This document shows, one piece after another, positions 1 to 8,255 of a DNA stretch of 45,473 bases. Each line of letters begins with the position of its first letter. Position 1 is the stretch's first letter. The translations under genes were made by a program, and so were the position numbers. The notes beneath the pieces are model-generated. The model saw only the letters and a program-made list of their open reading frames with translations. It had not been told where the DNA came from and ran no database searches. Origin of the DNA: an uncultured Verrucomicrobiota bacterium (GTDB taxonomy: Bacteria; Verrucomicrobiota; Verrucomicrobiia; Opitutales; UBA9783); the NCBI GenBank assembly GCA_946646575.1, contig CAMPCR010000003.1, forward strand, positions 1 to 45,473, in the 5' to 3' direction.

Positions 1-242
1 TCCTCGTCGGTATTTTGGCACTCGGTATTGTTTCCAGTATCATGCAGTTCAGCAGCACGATTAAGCTTTAAAAAGGGTATCGAATAAAAAGCATCCGCTG
101 ATGCGGGGTAAAGTTCAAGTGCGGGATACGCCGTTTTAAACCTTCAGGTACGCCCGGGTTTCTCAAAACACACAATCCAGTTGGGCACTGCCCACCAAGG
201 TTGGGTTTACCGGTCTCGAAGGTTATTTAAACGAGCCAAGCC

Positions 243-1226
243 TTAAAAAATCACAATCGATGCCCGTTCGCGCAACCGCTGCAGGTACGCTCGGTGCCGT
301 TCCTGAGCACTTCCAGCCAACAAACATTCTTCGATCGCACCCTGAACATCCGCCAACGGTTTTAAGTGCCCTTCTTTTTTTTGAACGAGCGTCGATGTCA
401 CCCAAACGTCGCCGATGTGAAGATACGCCGTTTGCGAACCATCCGAAAGTTCCTCCAGTGCCTGCACCAGCTTCGGATCCAACTCCGACGCTTTATACCA
501 AATCGCCTCCGTACGAAACGTATCCAGCTTTTTTTGGATCTCCGACAAGGGCGCTTTTTCGGCTAAAAGTCGCTCTAAATACGCTTCCTTTGTCAACGTT
601 TTGACCTCCGACGCTTCTTCCGCCCCCGCTTCCCGCGGTATATTGACGGTTTCGTTCGCTTTAAAACCGCTTTGTTTCAAACAATAGCGCGCCTCTTCGC
701 GAAAATCCGACGCGTGGGCTTCGTAATACGCCGTAATACGTTGCGGACTAACGGTAAAACGCGACGGCATCTGCCCCGACTGCAACGCGTTCGTAACCAT
801 GGACTTTCGCAGTTCCTGCTTCAAACCGTACAGCGATTGCCCCTGTTGCCGCAACACCTGTCGCATTAACTCTCGATTGCCGTTAAAATGCTCCTTCGCC
901 ATTGTTTCCACCTGCGCATCCACATGCATATCGGAAATTTTGCCGCCCTTTTTCTTAAAATCCGCTTCAAGCAGTTTTTGTTCAATCAGTAAATTCAACG
1001 CTTCCGTCGGCGCAACCTTCAATTCAGCCGCCGCTTTCCGAACTTCGTCGCAGGCAATCGGTTCGCCGTTGACACAGGCGGCAATACCGAACGGTCGCGC
1101 TTCGACCGATGCCTTCGGATCGGACGTCAACGGCAAAGATACACTTTCTTCCGCCGCCCGCACCGCCGACAGTTGCAATACCGTCGCCACCGTCAACGCC
1201 CCTCTTCCGAAACCGTTCCGAAACAT
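243..1226 (-). CDS. Secreted SurA/PpiD-like periplasmic chaperone (parvulin-type PPIase family; catalytic motifs look degenerate)
   Basis: 327-aa ORF. The N-terminus looks like a signal peptide (MFRNGFGRGALTVATVLQLSAVRAAEE). A helical SurA-N-like region (VNGEPIACDEV, LLIEQKLLEAD) is followed by a parvulin-like C-terminal half. Family call is by eye only. Confidence 0.55.
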   Translation of the reverse strand: MFRNGFGRGALTVATVLQLSAVRAAEESVSLPLTSDPKASVEARPFGIAACVNGEPIACDEVRKAAAELKVAPTEALNLLIEQKLLEADFKKKGGKISDMHVDAQVETMAKEHFNGNRELMRQVLRQQGQSLYGLKQELRKSMVTNALQSGQMPSRFTVSPQRITAYYEAHASDFREEARYCLKQSGFKANETVNIPREAGAEEASEVKTLTKEAYLERLLAEKAPLSEIQKKLDTFRTEAIWYKASELDPKLVQALEELSDGSQTAYLHIGDVWVTSTLVQKKEGHLKPLADVQGAIEECLLAGSAQERHRAYLQRLRERASIVIF

Positions 1227-1504
1227 ACCTTCAAAGAACCATTCTTTTAAGGAAATGACAAAGAAAATCTTTCAATGTCCCGCGCGTATTGCGCTTTATG
1301 AGAAACATACCGAAATGCGTTTAAAAAGACGTGGAAATTGATCAAGCGTCGCCGATATCCCGCGACAAACAGAACCTTTGAAGTGAATAAGACATGACTT
1401 CAATTGCAAGATGCCGGAAACTGCGACAAAAACCATCCTGCCTTTGCTCTTTTAACGGTAAAATCGTCCGCTTTTCACGGTTCAAAGCTCCAAAACAAAC
1501 ACCC

Positions 1505-1539
1505 GCGAAAACCAAAAGAGGCTCCTTTGACGGAGCCTC
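1505..1539 (-). terminator. Rho-independent terminator downstream of rpsT
   Basis: Perfect 8-bp inverted repeat GAGGCTCC (1518-1525) / GGAGCCTC (1532-1539) with a 6-nt loop. On the minus strand the hairpin is followed by TTTTGGTTTT. It lies about 30 nt past the rpsT stop. Confidence 0.75.
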
Positions 1540-1569
1540 CGAATGGATTGGAAGAAATTATCTTGTCTT

Positions 1570-2067
1570 CTACTCTGCCTTTTTAGGAGAATTCTTTTTT
1601 GTCGTCGCCGCCTTCTTGGTTGCAACCTTTTTCGCGGCAGGCTTCTTTGAAGCCGTCGTTTTCTTTTTGGCAGTCGTCTTTGCAACCGACTTTTTCGCCG
1701 TTACCTCCGAATTTTCGCTTGTTTCAACCGCCTCCGTCGCTTCGGCGTGCTCCGCTGACGGCGGAACCGCTCCCGCTGTCTCTGTCGTATCCTCCGCTTT
1801 TTTTGAACCAACTCCGAAAATCAGCGGCGTCAAACGACTCTTCTCTCGATTGACTTTATTCCCGTGCCAGACCCCGTGCTTGCCGGCTTTATCGACAACG
1901 GACATTAAAGCCTTCGCCGCCGTCTTAATTGCCTCCGCATCGCCGCTCTCCTTCAACGCCTCCAACTTCTTAGAAGCCGTCTTGATGCGACTTTTCTCCG
2001 CCTTATTCCGCATCGTCAACTTTGCGATTTTGCGAATCGACTTTTTTGAAGACTTGATGTTCGCCAT
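1570..2067 (-). CDS. rpsT: 30S ribosomal protein S20 with a ~77-aa Lys/Ala/Thr-rich C-terminal extension
   Basis: The first ~88 aa read like S20 (MANIKSSKKSIRKIAKLTMRNKAEKSRIKT...DKAGKHGVWHGNKVNREKSRL). The remainder is low-complexity AKK/TKK repeats. Confidence 0.9.
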   Translation of the reverse strand: MANIKSSKKSIRKIAKLTMRNKAEKSRIKTASKKLEALKESGDAEAIKTAAKALMSVVDKAGKHGVWHGNKVNREKSRLTPLIFGVGSKKAEDTTETAGAVPPSAEHAEATEAVETSENSEVTAKKSVAKTTAKKKTTASKKPAAKKVATKKAATTKKNSPKKAE

Positions 2068-2092
2068 TAGTAAATTCCGCTAACTCACCATC

Positions 2093-2120
2093 ATCGTAGG
2101 CGTTGTACGCCGCTTGTCAA
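2093..2120 (-). promoter_or_regulatory. Sigma70-like promoter candidate for rpsT
   Basis: The minus strand reads TTGACA (2120-2115), 16 nt, TACGAT (2098-2093), about 25 nt upstream of the rpsT ATG. Confidence 0.4.
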
Positions 2121-2163
2121 CGTACTTTTGGCATTTTTGTAAAAAAGGACGTTCCGATATCCG

Positions 2164-3060
2164 TCATTTGGCACGGATATGGCAACGGTTGTACGTTTCC
2201 TGCAGCTGCGACGGGTTTAAGTGGGTATAAATCTGCGTCGTCGAAATGTCGCTGTGCCCCAGCATCGCCTGAATACTGCGCAAATCCGCTCCGTTGCACA
2301 ACAAATGCGTCGCGAATGTGTGCCGCAGTAAATGGGGTTTGACGGGCGTTTCCAAACCGATATCGTGCGCATAACGTTTCAGGTGCACCCAGAAAGTTTT
2401 GCGCGAAATCGCACCGCCGCGTTGACTGAGAAATACGAAGGATTGGCTGTTCTTTTTGGCAAATTTCGGGCGTCCGTGCACCAGCCAGGCTTCCAAATGC
2501 GCCTGCGCCACGGAACCCAGCGGCACCAAACGTTCTTTGCTGCCTTTGCCGAAAATTTTCAAAAAACCTTCGTTGAGAAAGATTGCCTGTAAGGACAAAT
2601 TGCAAACCTCCGAAACGCGCAAACCGCAACCGTACATGAGAGAAATCATCGCGCGATCGCGCAGACCGTTCGGCGTCGATAAAACCGTACTTCCCTGCAG
2701 GTGTTGAATGTCGTTTAAGGTTAAAGTGTGCGGCAAGGTGCGGCTTAATTTCGGCACCACCGCGTGCTCCAGCGGATTTCTGAAAATAAGGTTTTTTTTG
2801 ATTAAAAACTCAAAAAAACGACGCAACGATACCAGTTTTCGTGCGCGCGACGCTGGTTTTAAATCCAAAAGTGCATTCTGCCACACCTCCGTATCGCGTT
2901 CCGTTACCGCTTCAAATGCCTGAACCTTCGTCAGTTGCACGAACTGCAGTATATCGTAGCGATAAGAGGCTCGCGTATGTTCGGATAAACCGCGCTCGAG
3001 ATCCAGGTGGGACAGGAAAGAGGCGAGGGGATCCGACAGGGAAGCTTTATGAGGTTTCAT
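2164..3060 (-). CDS. xerD: Tyrosine site-specific recombinase, XerD-like
   Basis: 298 aa. Motifs include ERGLSEHTRASYRYDI in the N-terminal SAM-like domain, GKGSKERLVPLG, HLLRHTFATHLL and LGHSDISTTQIYTH (R-H-R-Y catalytic set). It resembles E. coli XerD more than XerC by eye. Confidence 0.75.
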   Translation of the reverse strand: MKPHKASLSDPLASFLSHLDLERGLSEHTRASYRYDILQFVQLTKVQAFEAVTERDTEVWQNALLDLKPASRARKLVSLRRFFEFLIKKNLIFRNPLEHAVVPKLSRTLPHTLTLNDIQHLQGSTVLSTPNGLRDRAMISLMYGCGLRVSEVCNLSLQAIFLNEGFLKIFGKGSKERLVPLGSVAQAHLEAWLVHGRPKFAKKNSQSFVFLSQRGGAISRKTFWVHLKRYAHDIGLETPVKPHLLRHTFATHLLCNGADLRSIQAMLGHSDISTTQIYTHLNPSQLQETYNRCHIRAK

Positions 3061-3157
3061 CGAAATAAGTCATAACCGCAACGAGCAACGGGAGAATCAC
3101 AACGGAAGCGAAGGCGTACACAACGCAAAATCACCACACTTGAGCCAACCGGCATTT

Positions 3158-3769
3158 TCAAGAAGGATCCTGTTCGGAGGCACGGATGCAAAAATCACTC
3201 CGAATGTTTCGGATAACGACAATAAACCAGGAAACAAGAAAAACAGGACACAACATAACATTGAGAGGAGGCAACAGGAACAGCATAAAGATGAACCGTA
3301 CGATTTTCGAAAACACGCCGTTAATCTTTTGATACATGCGTTTTTTCAAAAAAAGAGAAACAATACATGCGAGACAAAACGATATGACCCAATGCACGCC
3401 AATAAAGCTCAAAGAAAAACAGGCGGTACAAGGACATAATTCGGGAACATGATTTTCAACCCACCCCAAAACATTTAGCTTCGGGCAGGGAAAGATGAGG
3501 AAAATAACGTCCGTTGCGTAGAGAACAAAAGCAAAACATTGCTTGTTACGAAAAAATAAAACTGATAAAGAACAGGTTACAAAAAACCAAAGATTCAATG
3601 AAGGGAAGGTAATAACAAAAAGAAAATACCACACAACATTTTCCGAACCGCAGCAGTCCCTTGAGGAGGAAAAATGTACAATAAGTGAAGGTATTACAAC
3701 GATAACTATAAAGTAACCAATGTTCAGCAGAAACAAAGAGTTCCTTATATTCGTCCTGTAAAAGTTCAT
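3158..3769 (-). CDS. Hypothetical polytopic membrane protein, Cys-rich
   Basis: 203-aa ORF in a locally A+T-rich pocket, with about 5-6 hydrophobic segments and many Cys (SRDCCGS, PELCPCTAC, FCLACIV). I recognise no family, and the start is uncertain. Confidence 0.4.
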   Translation of the reverse strand: MNFYRTNIRNSLFLLNIGYFIVIVVIPSLIVHFSSSRDCCGSENVVWYFLFVITFPSLNLWFFVTCSLSVLFFRNKQCFAFVLYATDVIFLIFPCPKLNVLGWVENHVPELCPCTACFSLSFIGVHWVISFCLACIVSLFLKKRMYQKINGVFSKIVRFIFMLFLLPPLNVMLCPVFLVSWFIVVIRNIRSDFCIRASEQDPS

Positions 3770-3888
3770 AAAAACACCGCCTGCCCCATTCTACACGCAA
3801 ACACCGCGCGACACGATAAAAAACAACCTCCGTGTTCCCGTAACAAAAATCGACCAATCAAACAACTCTCCAAAAAGCGCAAGGTGGT

Positions 3889-3922
3889 GAAACATGTCCT
3901 CATGTTTGGTCGAACATGTTTC
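3889..3922 (-). terminator. Hairpin (possible terminator) just downstream of the symporter gene
   Basis: Perfect 9-bp inverted repeat GAAACATGT (3889-3897) / ACATGTTTC (3914-3922) with a 16-nt loop containing a third CATGTTT copy. On the minus strand a TTTTT run follows only after about 12 nt, so this is not a canonical terminator. Confidence 0.35.
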
Positions 3923-3942
3923 GTAAACCTGTCATCACCCGC

Positions 3943-5241
3943 CTACTCTACTCCTCCATACGCCGTTGCTTCGCCTTCGGTGCGCGCGATAATCACCGTC
4001 CCACAGGTGTCGTTGAAAACGTTCACCGCCGTCCGAAACATATCCAGCAATCGTTCCGCCACCCAAATGATACCGACGGATTCAATCGGCAATCCGACCG
4101 AACCGACAATCATCGTAATCGCAATCAGTGCCGAAGCGGGAATGCCGGCAACTCCGACGGACGTCAACAATGCCATTAAGACGACCGTCACCTGGTTCCA
4201 AAAGCCGAACGCAATACCCTGTGTAACCTGGTAAAGTTGCGCCAAAAACAGAACGACCACGCATTCGTACAATGCGGTTCCGCACATGTTAATGGTAATC
4301 CCCAGTGGCAATGTAAAGCGCGCCGTTCGCGGCGAAACCTTCGAAACCCTTTCGACGGTATCCAGCGCAATCCCCAGCGAAGCGGCGGAAGAGGACGTCG
4401 AAAACGCCGTCAACGCAACCGGGAACATCGCCTTGTAGTGTGCCCACGGTCGGATTTTCCCGACAAAGCGCAACAACAGCCACAAAAAACCGAACGTATA
4501 GAGCGCAAAGCCCGCCAACACCGTCACGATAAACACCAACAGCGGCTTCAAAACATCCAAACCGGCATTGAGCAAAATCGGCGTTACGAGACCGAAAACG
4601 CCCAACGGCGAAAACGCAATCACGATGCGGGTAATGTCGCGAATAACGCGTTGCAGACCTTCCCAAAAGCGCAGTTGGAGGTCGCGCAGGGCACTCGGTA
4701 ACCGACCGATGAAGAAGCCGAACAGCAAACTGAAGGTAATAAGACCCAAAATTTGCGTATTATCCGCCGCCGCGGATACGACGTTCGTCGGGATAAGGCG
4801 CAGAAAAAAATCCGACAATTTGGCGGTACTTTCGGTGTTAATACCGACAAAATGCTCCGGCAAAACGTTCGCCTGCCCGAGAATTTTCCCCGCCAACGCC
4901 GCATCGACACGACCGGGCTTGACGGTATTCACCATCCCCAGCCCGATGAGGACCGCCGACGCGCAACTCAGAAAGTAAAACAAAAACGTTTTCAACCCCA
5001 AACGCTTGCATTCGGCGCGCGAACCGAAGCCCGCCATGCCGCAAATCAGCGAGGAAGCAATCAGCGGAACCACGAGCATTTTCAGCCCGTTCATGAAGAC
5101 TTTCCCGAATAATTCGCAAACATCGACGAACGTTTTCGTCCACGGCAATGCCGTCGCATCCGCACAACGCAACACGCACGTGATGATGACACTCGCCGCC
5201 AGCGCGCAAACAACACCCCACCGATCAAAAAATTTCCGCAC
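3943..5241 (-). CDS. Dicarboxylate/amino acid:cation symporter (DAACS/SLC1 family)
   Basis: 432-aa polytopic protein. Family motifs include PLGITINMCGTALYECV (NMDGTALYE-type) and GIPASALIAITMIVGSVGLP (re-entrant loop). Confidence 0.85.
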   Translation of the reverse strand: MRKFFDRWGVVCALAASVIITCVLRCADATALPWTKTFVDVCELFGKVFMNGLKMLVVPLIASSLICGMAGFGSRAECKRLGLKTFLFYFLSCASAVLIGLGMVNTVKPGRVDAALAGKILGQANVLPEHFVGINTESTAKLSDFFLRLIPTNVVSAAADNTQILGLITFSLLFGFFIGRLPSALRDLQLRFWEGLQRVIRDITRIVIAFSPLGVFGLVTPILLNAGLDVLKPLLVFIVTVLAGFALYTFGFLWLLLRFVGKIRPWAHYKAMFPVALTAFSTSSSAASLGIALDTVERVSKVSPRTARFTLPLGITINMCGTALYECVVVLFLAQLYQVTQGIAFGFWNQVTVVLMALLTSVGVAGIPASALIAITMIVGSVGLPIESVGIIWVAERLLDMFRTAVNVFNDTCGTVIIARTEGEATAYGGVE

Positions 5242-5463
5242 GTTTCCTCTCTATTCCCGCAGAAAGCAACTTTTCACTTACAAGGGAATGATATGTTTTT
5301 TTGAAAAAATATTCAATGCGAACCTTTGAAAGCGACCAACATCAACCGACAGTAAGTGTTCTCTTTCGGAGCATTCTTACACTGTTGCACTCAAAACTTC
5401 GGAGTTCATTGCCGATAAACACCCTTTGTACGTCGTTTTGGAAGCGAAAATGAAAAAACGAAC

Positions 5464-6582
5464 CTATGAAAGCTCCAACGTTTTATCGCAGGACGTCAAA
5501 ATCTCACAGCCATCGTTCGTAATTAAAACATCATCCTCGATGCGAACACCGCCGACGGTTGGAAAATACAAACCCGGTTCGACGGTAATTACCATCCCGG
5601 GTTTTAATGCGATCGGTTTTGAACCGACGGACGGATATTCGTGAATATCCAAACCGATGCCGTGACCAACGCTGTGAATAAAGCCTTCCGTACCGAATTC
5701 GGTGCGCTTCAACCCGTACCCGCGCTGTTCAAAAAAACGCAACGCAAACGTTTGCAAATCCGACGTCAATACGTCGGGTCGCAGTTGTTCCAAAAGCGCC
5801 GTTTGGCAATCGAGTACCGCTTGGTATATATTCTTTTGTTCCGACGTTGCGTGCCCCTTAACAACCGTGCGCGTCATATCCCCGTAAAAATGCGACGTCT
5901 TCAGGTACGGGAAAACATCAATCACAATCAGCTCTCCGGCGCGCAACGCTCCGCTGCCGACGCAATGCGGATACGCACCGTCCCTCCCGCAGGCAACGAT
6001 GGTTCCGTCGGCAATTCCGCCGCGTTCCAAACAATACACTTCCATCATCGCCCGTAACCGCTCGGACGTTAAAATTTCGTCCTCAAAGTACAAAACGCCT
6101 TCCTCAACGGCACTTTCGCGAAGGATGCGAATGGCCTCTTTCAACACATCCGCCGTTAAAGTACACGCTTCGCGAATTTCCGAAAGGTCGGTATCGGTTT
6201 TAATCGCCCGTTGTCCTTCGAAGAAGGAAGCATCAAACGCGACGGGTATTTGTCTCGAAATTTCCGCATAAATCGCCGCCGGGAAATCATCGGGCACGAC
6301 AAAACGCTCGACCGCGTAGGTATCTTTCAGAAATTGAAAGAAATTTTGCCAAAAGGAACCGCTTCGAAACCGCTTCTTTAACTCTTTTCGAATATCCGAC
6401 CACAGAAAAACGTTGTCAAACGTCCCGACCGCACGACAACGGTCATATTCCAATTCCGAAACAAACGCCATTGTCTGCTCACCGACTTTGAGCGCAAAAT
6501 ACGCATCGGGCGCGTCAAAATGCCCCCAATGAAGGAGGTTGAAGTCTTTATGGGGCGTGTTATAGATGGCGTAGGCGGGCAT
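5464..6582 (-). CDS. M24-family Xaa-Pro peptidase (PepP/PepQ-like)
   Basis: 372 aa. Pita-bread metal-ligand motifs are present: VIDVFPYL...YGDMTRT, HSVGHGIGLDIHEYP, MVITVEPGLY and GGVRIEDDVLIT. Confidence 0.85.
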   Translation of the reverse strand: MPAYAIYNTPHKDFNLLHWGHFDAPDAYFALKVGEQTMAFVSELEYDRCRAVGTFDNVFLWSDIRKELKKRFRSGSFWQNFFQFLKDTYAVERFVVPDDFPAAIYAEISRQIPVAFDASFFEGQRAIKTDTDLSEIREACTLTADVLKEAIRILRESAVEEGVLYFEDEILTSERLRAMMEVYCLERGGIADGTIVACGRDGAYPHCVGSGALRAGELIVIDVFPYLKTSHFYGDMTRTVVKGHATSEQKNIYQAVLDCQTALLEQLRPDVLTSDLQTFALRFFEQRGYGLKRTEFGTEGFIHSVGHGIGLDIHEYPSVGSKPIALKPGMVITVEPGLYFPTVGGVRIEDDVLITNDGCEILTSCDKTLELS

Positions 6583-6836
6583 GGGGATGGTTTAAATACA
6601 AAGAAAGCTTCACGCAAAAAATAAAGTAAAAATATCCCACAACATCCACACACTCCGACACCAAAGCCGCAATGCAAAAAATAAAGATTACAAAAAATCG
6701 CCTACCTTCTTTACGTCAGCAATCTCTCATCGAACCTCTTGTAACACATTCCTCGAACATACATGGGTTACGGCCGAAACGAACATTGAGAGCGGGTATA
6801 AACCGACAAATACCAACTCCACGCTGCCACCCTTTG

Positions 6837-7901
6837 TCACGCTGCCTTCTCCAACAACGCGTTGGCGCGCATCACATCTGCTTTCGCTTCCTGCGGTTTG
6901 TAGGAACGAACGCACTTCACCATCATGCCGATCCCGCCGGCAACCGCTTCCGCTTTCCCGGAGCCGTGCGTTTTAAACACCCAACCGTTCAATCCCAACA
7001 GCGGTGCCCCGCTGTACTTTTCCGGCGCCAACTGCCGCTTCATATCCCGAAAAACGCCGCTGCACAGCAAAGCCCCGAGCTTGCGCACCGGATTTTCCAG
7101 TATTTTTTCCTTTATAAACGTTTTGAGTTCCCAAAAAAGCGATTCGCAGAGTTTCAGAACGATATTGCCGACAAAACCGTCGCACACAACCACATCCGCC
7201 GTACCGCCGAACAAATCAAACCCCTCAATCAACCCGACGTAGTTCAAACCTTCGCACTGCTTCAAAACCGCATGCGCCGCATGTACCGCCTCGTTGCCCT
7301 TCCCCTCTTCGGTACCGACGGTCAATAATCCCACCCGCGGGTGCTCCGTTTGCAAAACCGCCCGGGCAAAATGCGATCCCAAAACGGCGTTGTGAACCAA
7401 AAATCGCGCTTCGCTTGTCGGATTGGCACCGACGTCGATCAGAATAAAACGGTGCGTGCGCGTCGGAATGATGCTCGCCAACGCCGGTCGCTCCACACCT
7501 TCAATCGTCCGCAACTTTAACGTACTACCCGCCATGAGCGCGCCAGTATTGCCGCAACTGAGCACCGCATCCAGCGTTCCGTCCCGAACGCCTTCGATCG
7601 CCCTGAACATGGACGCCTCTTTTTTGTGCCTGAGCGCCGACAGCGGATTTTCATCCATGGCGATAACTTCGGGCGTGTGTAAAACCTCAATTTGCGATGA
7701 ACCTTCCAAACCGTTCCGTCGCAACAACGGTCTCAACACCGCTTCATCGCCCGCCAACACAAAGCGTTCAACCGCCCCGTCGACCGCTTGCAACGCCAAT
7801 CGAACGCCTGCAACAACCTGCTCGGAACCGCCGTCCGACCCCATCGCATCAATGCCGATACGCAACCGCATCGGCGATGTTCCGCTCCCGACGGACGACA
7901 T
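6837..7901 (-). CDS. plsX: Phosphate acyltransferase PlsX
   Basis: Motifs IGIDAMGSDGG, CGNTGALMA and IDVGANP, plus the classic rpmF-plsX synteny. An alternative start is at 7871 (MRLRIGIDAMG). Confidence 0.9.
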   Translation of the reverse strand: MSSVGSGTSPMRLRIGIDAMGSDGGSEQVVAGVRLALQAVDGAVERFVLAGDEAVLRPLLRRNGLEGSSQIEVLHTPEVIAMDENPLSALRHKKEASMFRAIEGVRDGTLDAVLSCGNTGALMAGSTLKLRTIEGVERPALASIIPTRTHRFILIDVGANPTSEARFLVHNAVLGSHFARAVLQTEHPRVGLLTVGTEEGKGNEAVHAAHAVLKQCEGLNYVGLIEGFDLFGGTADVVVCDGFVGNIVLKLCESLFWELKTFIKEKILENPVRKLGALLCSGVFRDMKRQLAPEKYSGAPLLGLNGWVFKTHGSGKAEAVAGGIGMMVKCVRSYKPQEAKADVMRANALLEKAA

Positions 7902-7910
7902 TGCGAACGA

Positions 7911-8087
7911 CTACAACTTCACGTCCAACACCTGCCGATCACGGTACATGCCCGTCTCGGGATTGACATGGTGCCAACGCACCAACGTACCGTCGGCTTC
8001 CCGCGCCAGCAACGGCAACGCCGTCTTGTGCACCCCGCGACGCAACCGACTGCGGGTTTTGGATTGTTTTCTCTTGGGTTGTCCCAT
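7911..8087 (-). CDS. rpmF: 50S ribosomal protein L32 (Cys-less type)
   Basis: MGQPKRKQSKTRSRLRR...HHVNPETGMYRDRQV. The ATG at 8087 is preceded by GAGGA 9 nt upstream. The track ORF extends to 8108, but that start lacks support. Confidence 0.85.
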   Translation of the reverse strand: MGQPKRKQSKTRSRLRRGVHKTALPLLAREADGTLVRWHHVNPETGMYRDRQVLDVKL

Positions 8088-8255
8088 AAAAATTTCCTCA
8101 GTGACCAAATTCTATGGAAAGGATGAGAGCTGTAGGGTCAAGATTATTCGGGAAGAAGAGAGGGAAAGAGAAAAAACCTCGCTGTCTTTCAAAGACACAC
8201 TAGAATTATGGCGTAAAGCAACAATTTGTCCTGCCATTTGACACGTTACCGCCGT

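Noticed and set aside
1-70. Possible 3' end of a plus-strand membrane-protein gene (..LVGILALGIVSSIMQFSSTIKL*) and a 5-bp hairpin GCATC/GATGC at 91-104
   Set aside because: Only 23 codons are visible and no family can be assigned. The hairpin stem is too short to call a terminator.
799-2083. Long plus-strand ORFs (799-1341, 1394-2083) opposite the SurA-like gene and rpsT
   Set aside because: They lie antisense to genes with clear family motifs. Their products are low-complexity and Arg/Ser/Pro-rich. They are typical shadow frames of a genome that rarely uses TTA, CTA and TCA codons.
3546-3857. 103-aa minus-strand ORF overlapping the Cys-rich membrane ORF
   Set aside because: It is an alternative frame of the same A+T-rich pocket. 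It is shorter than 3158-3769 and no better supported, so only one of the two was reported.
6672-8241. Plus-strand ORFs 6672-7328 and 7423-8241 opposite plsX and rpmF
   Set aside because: They are antisense shadows of plsX and rpmF and contain no motifs.
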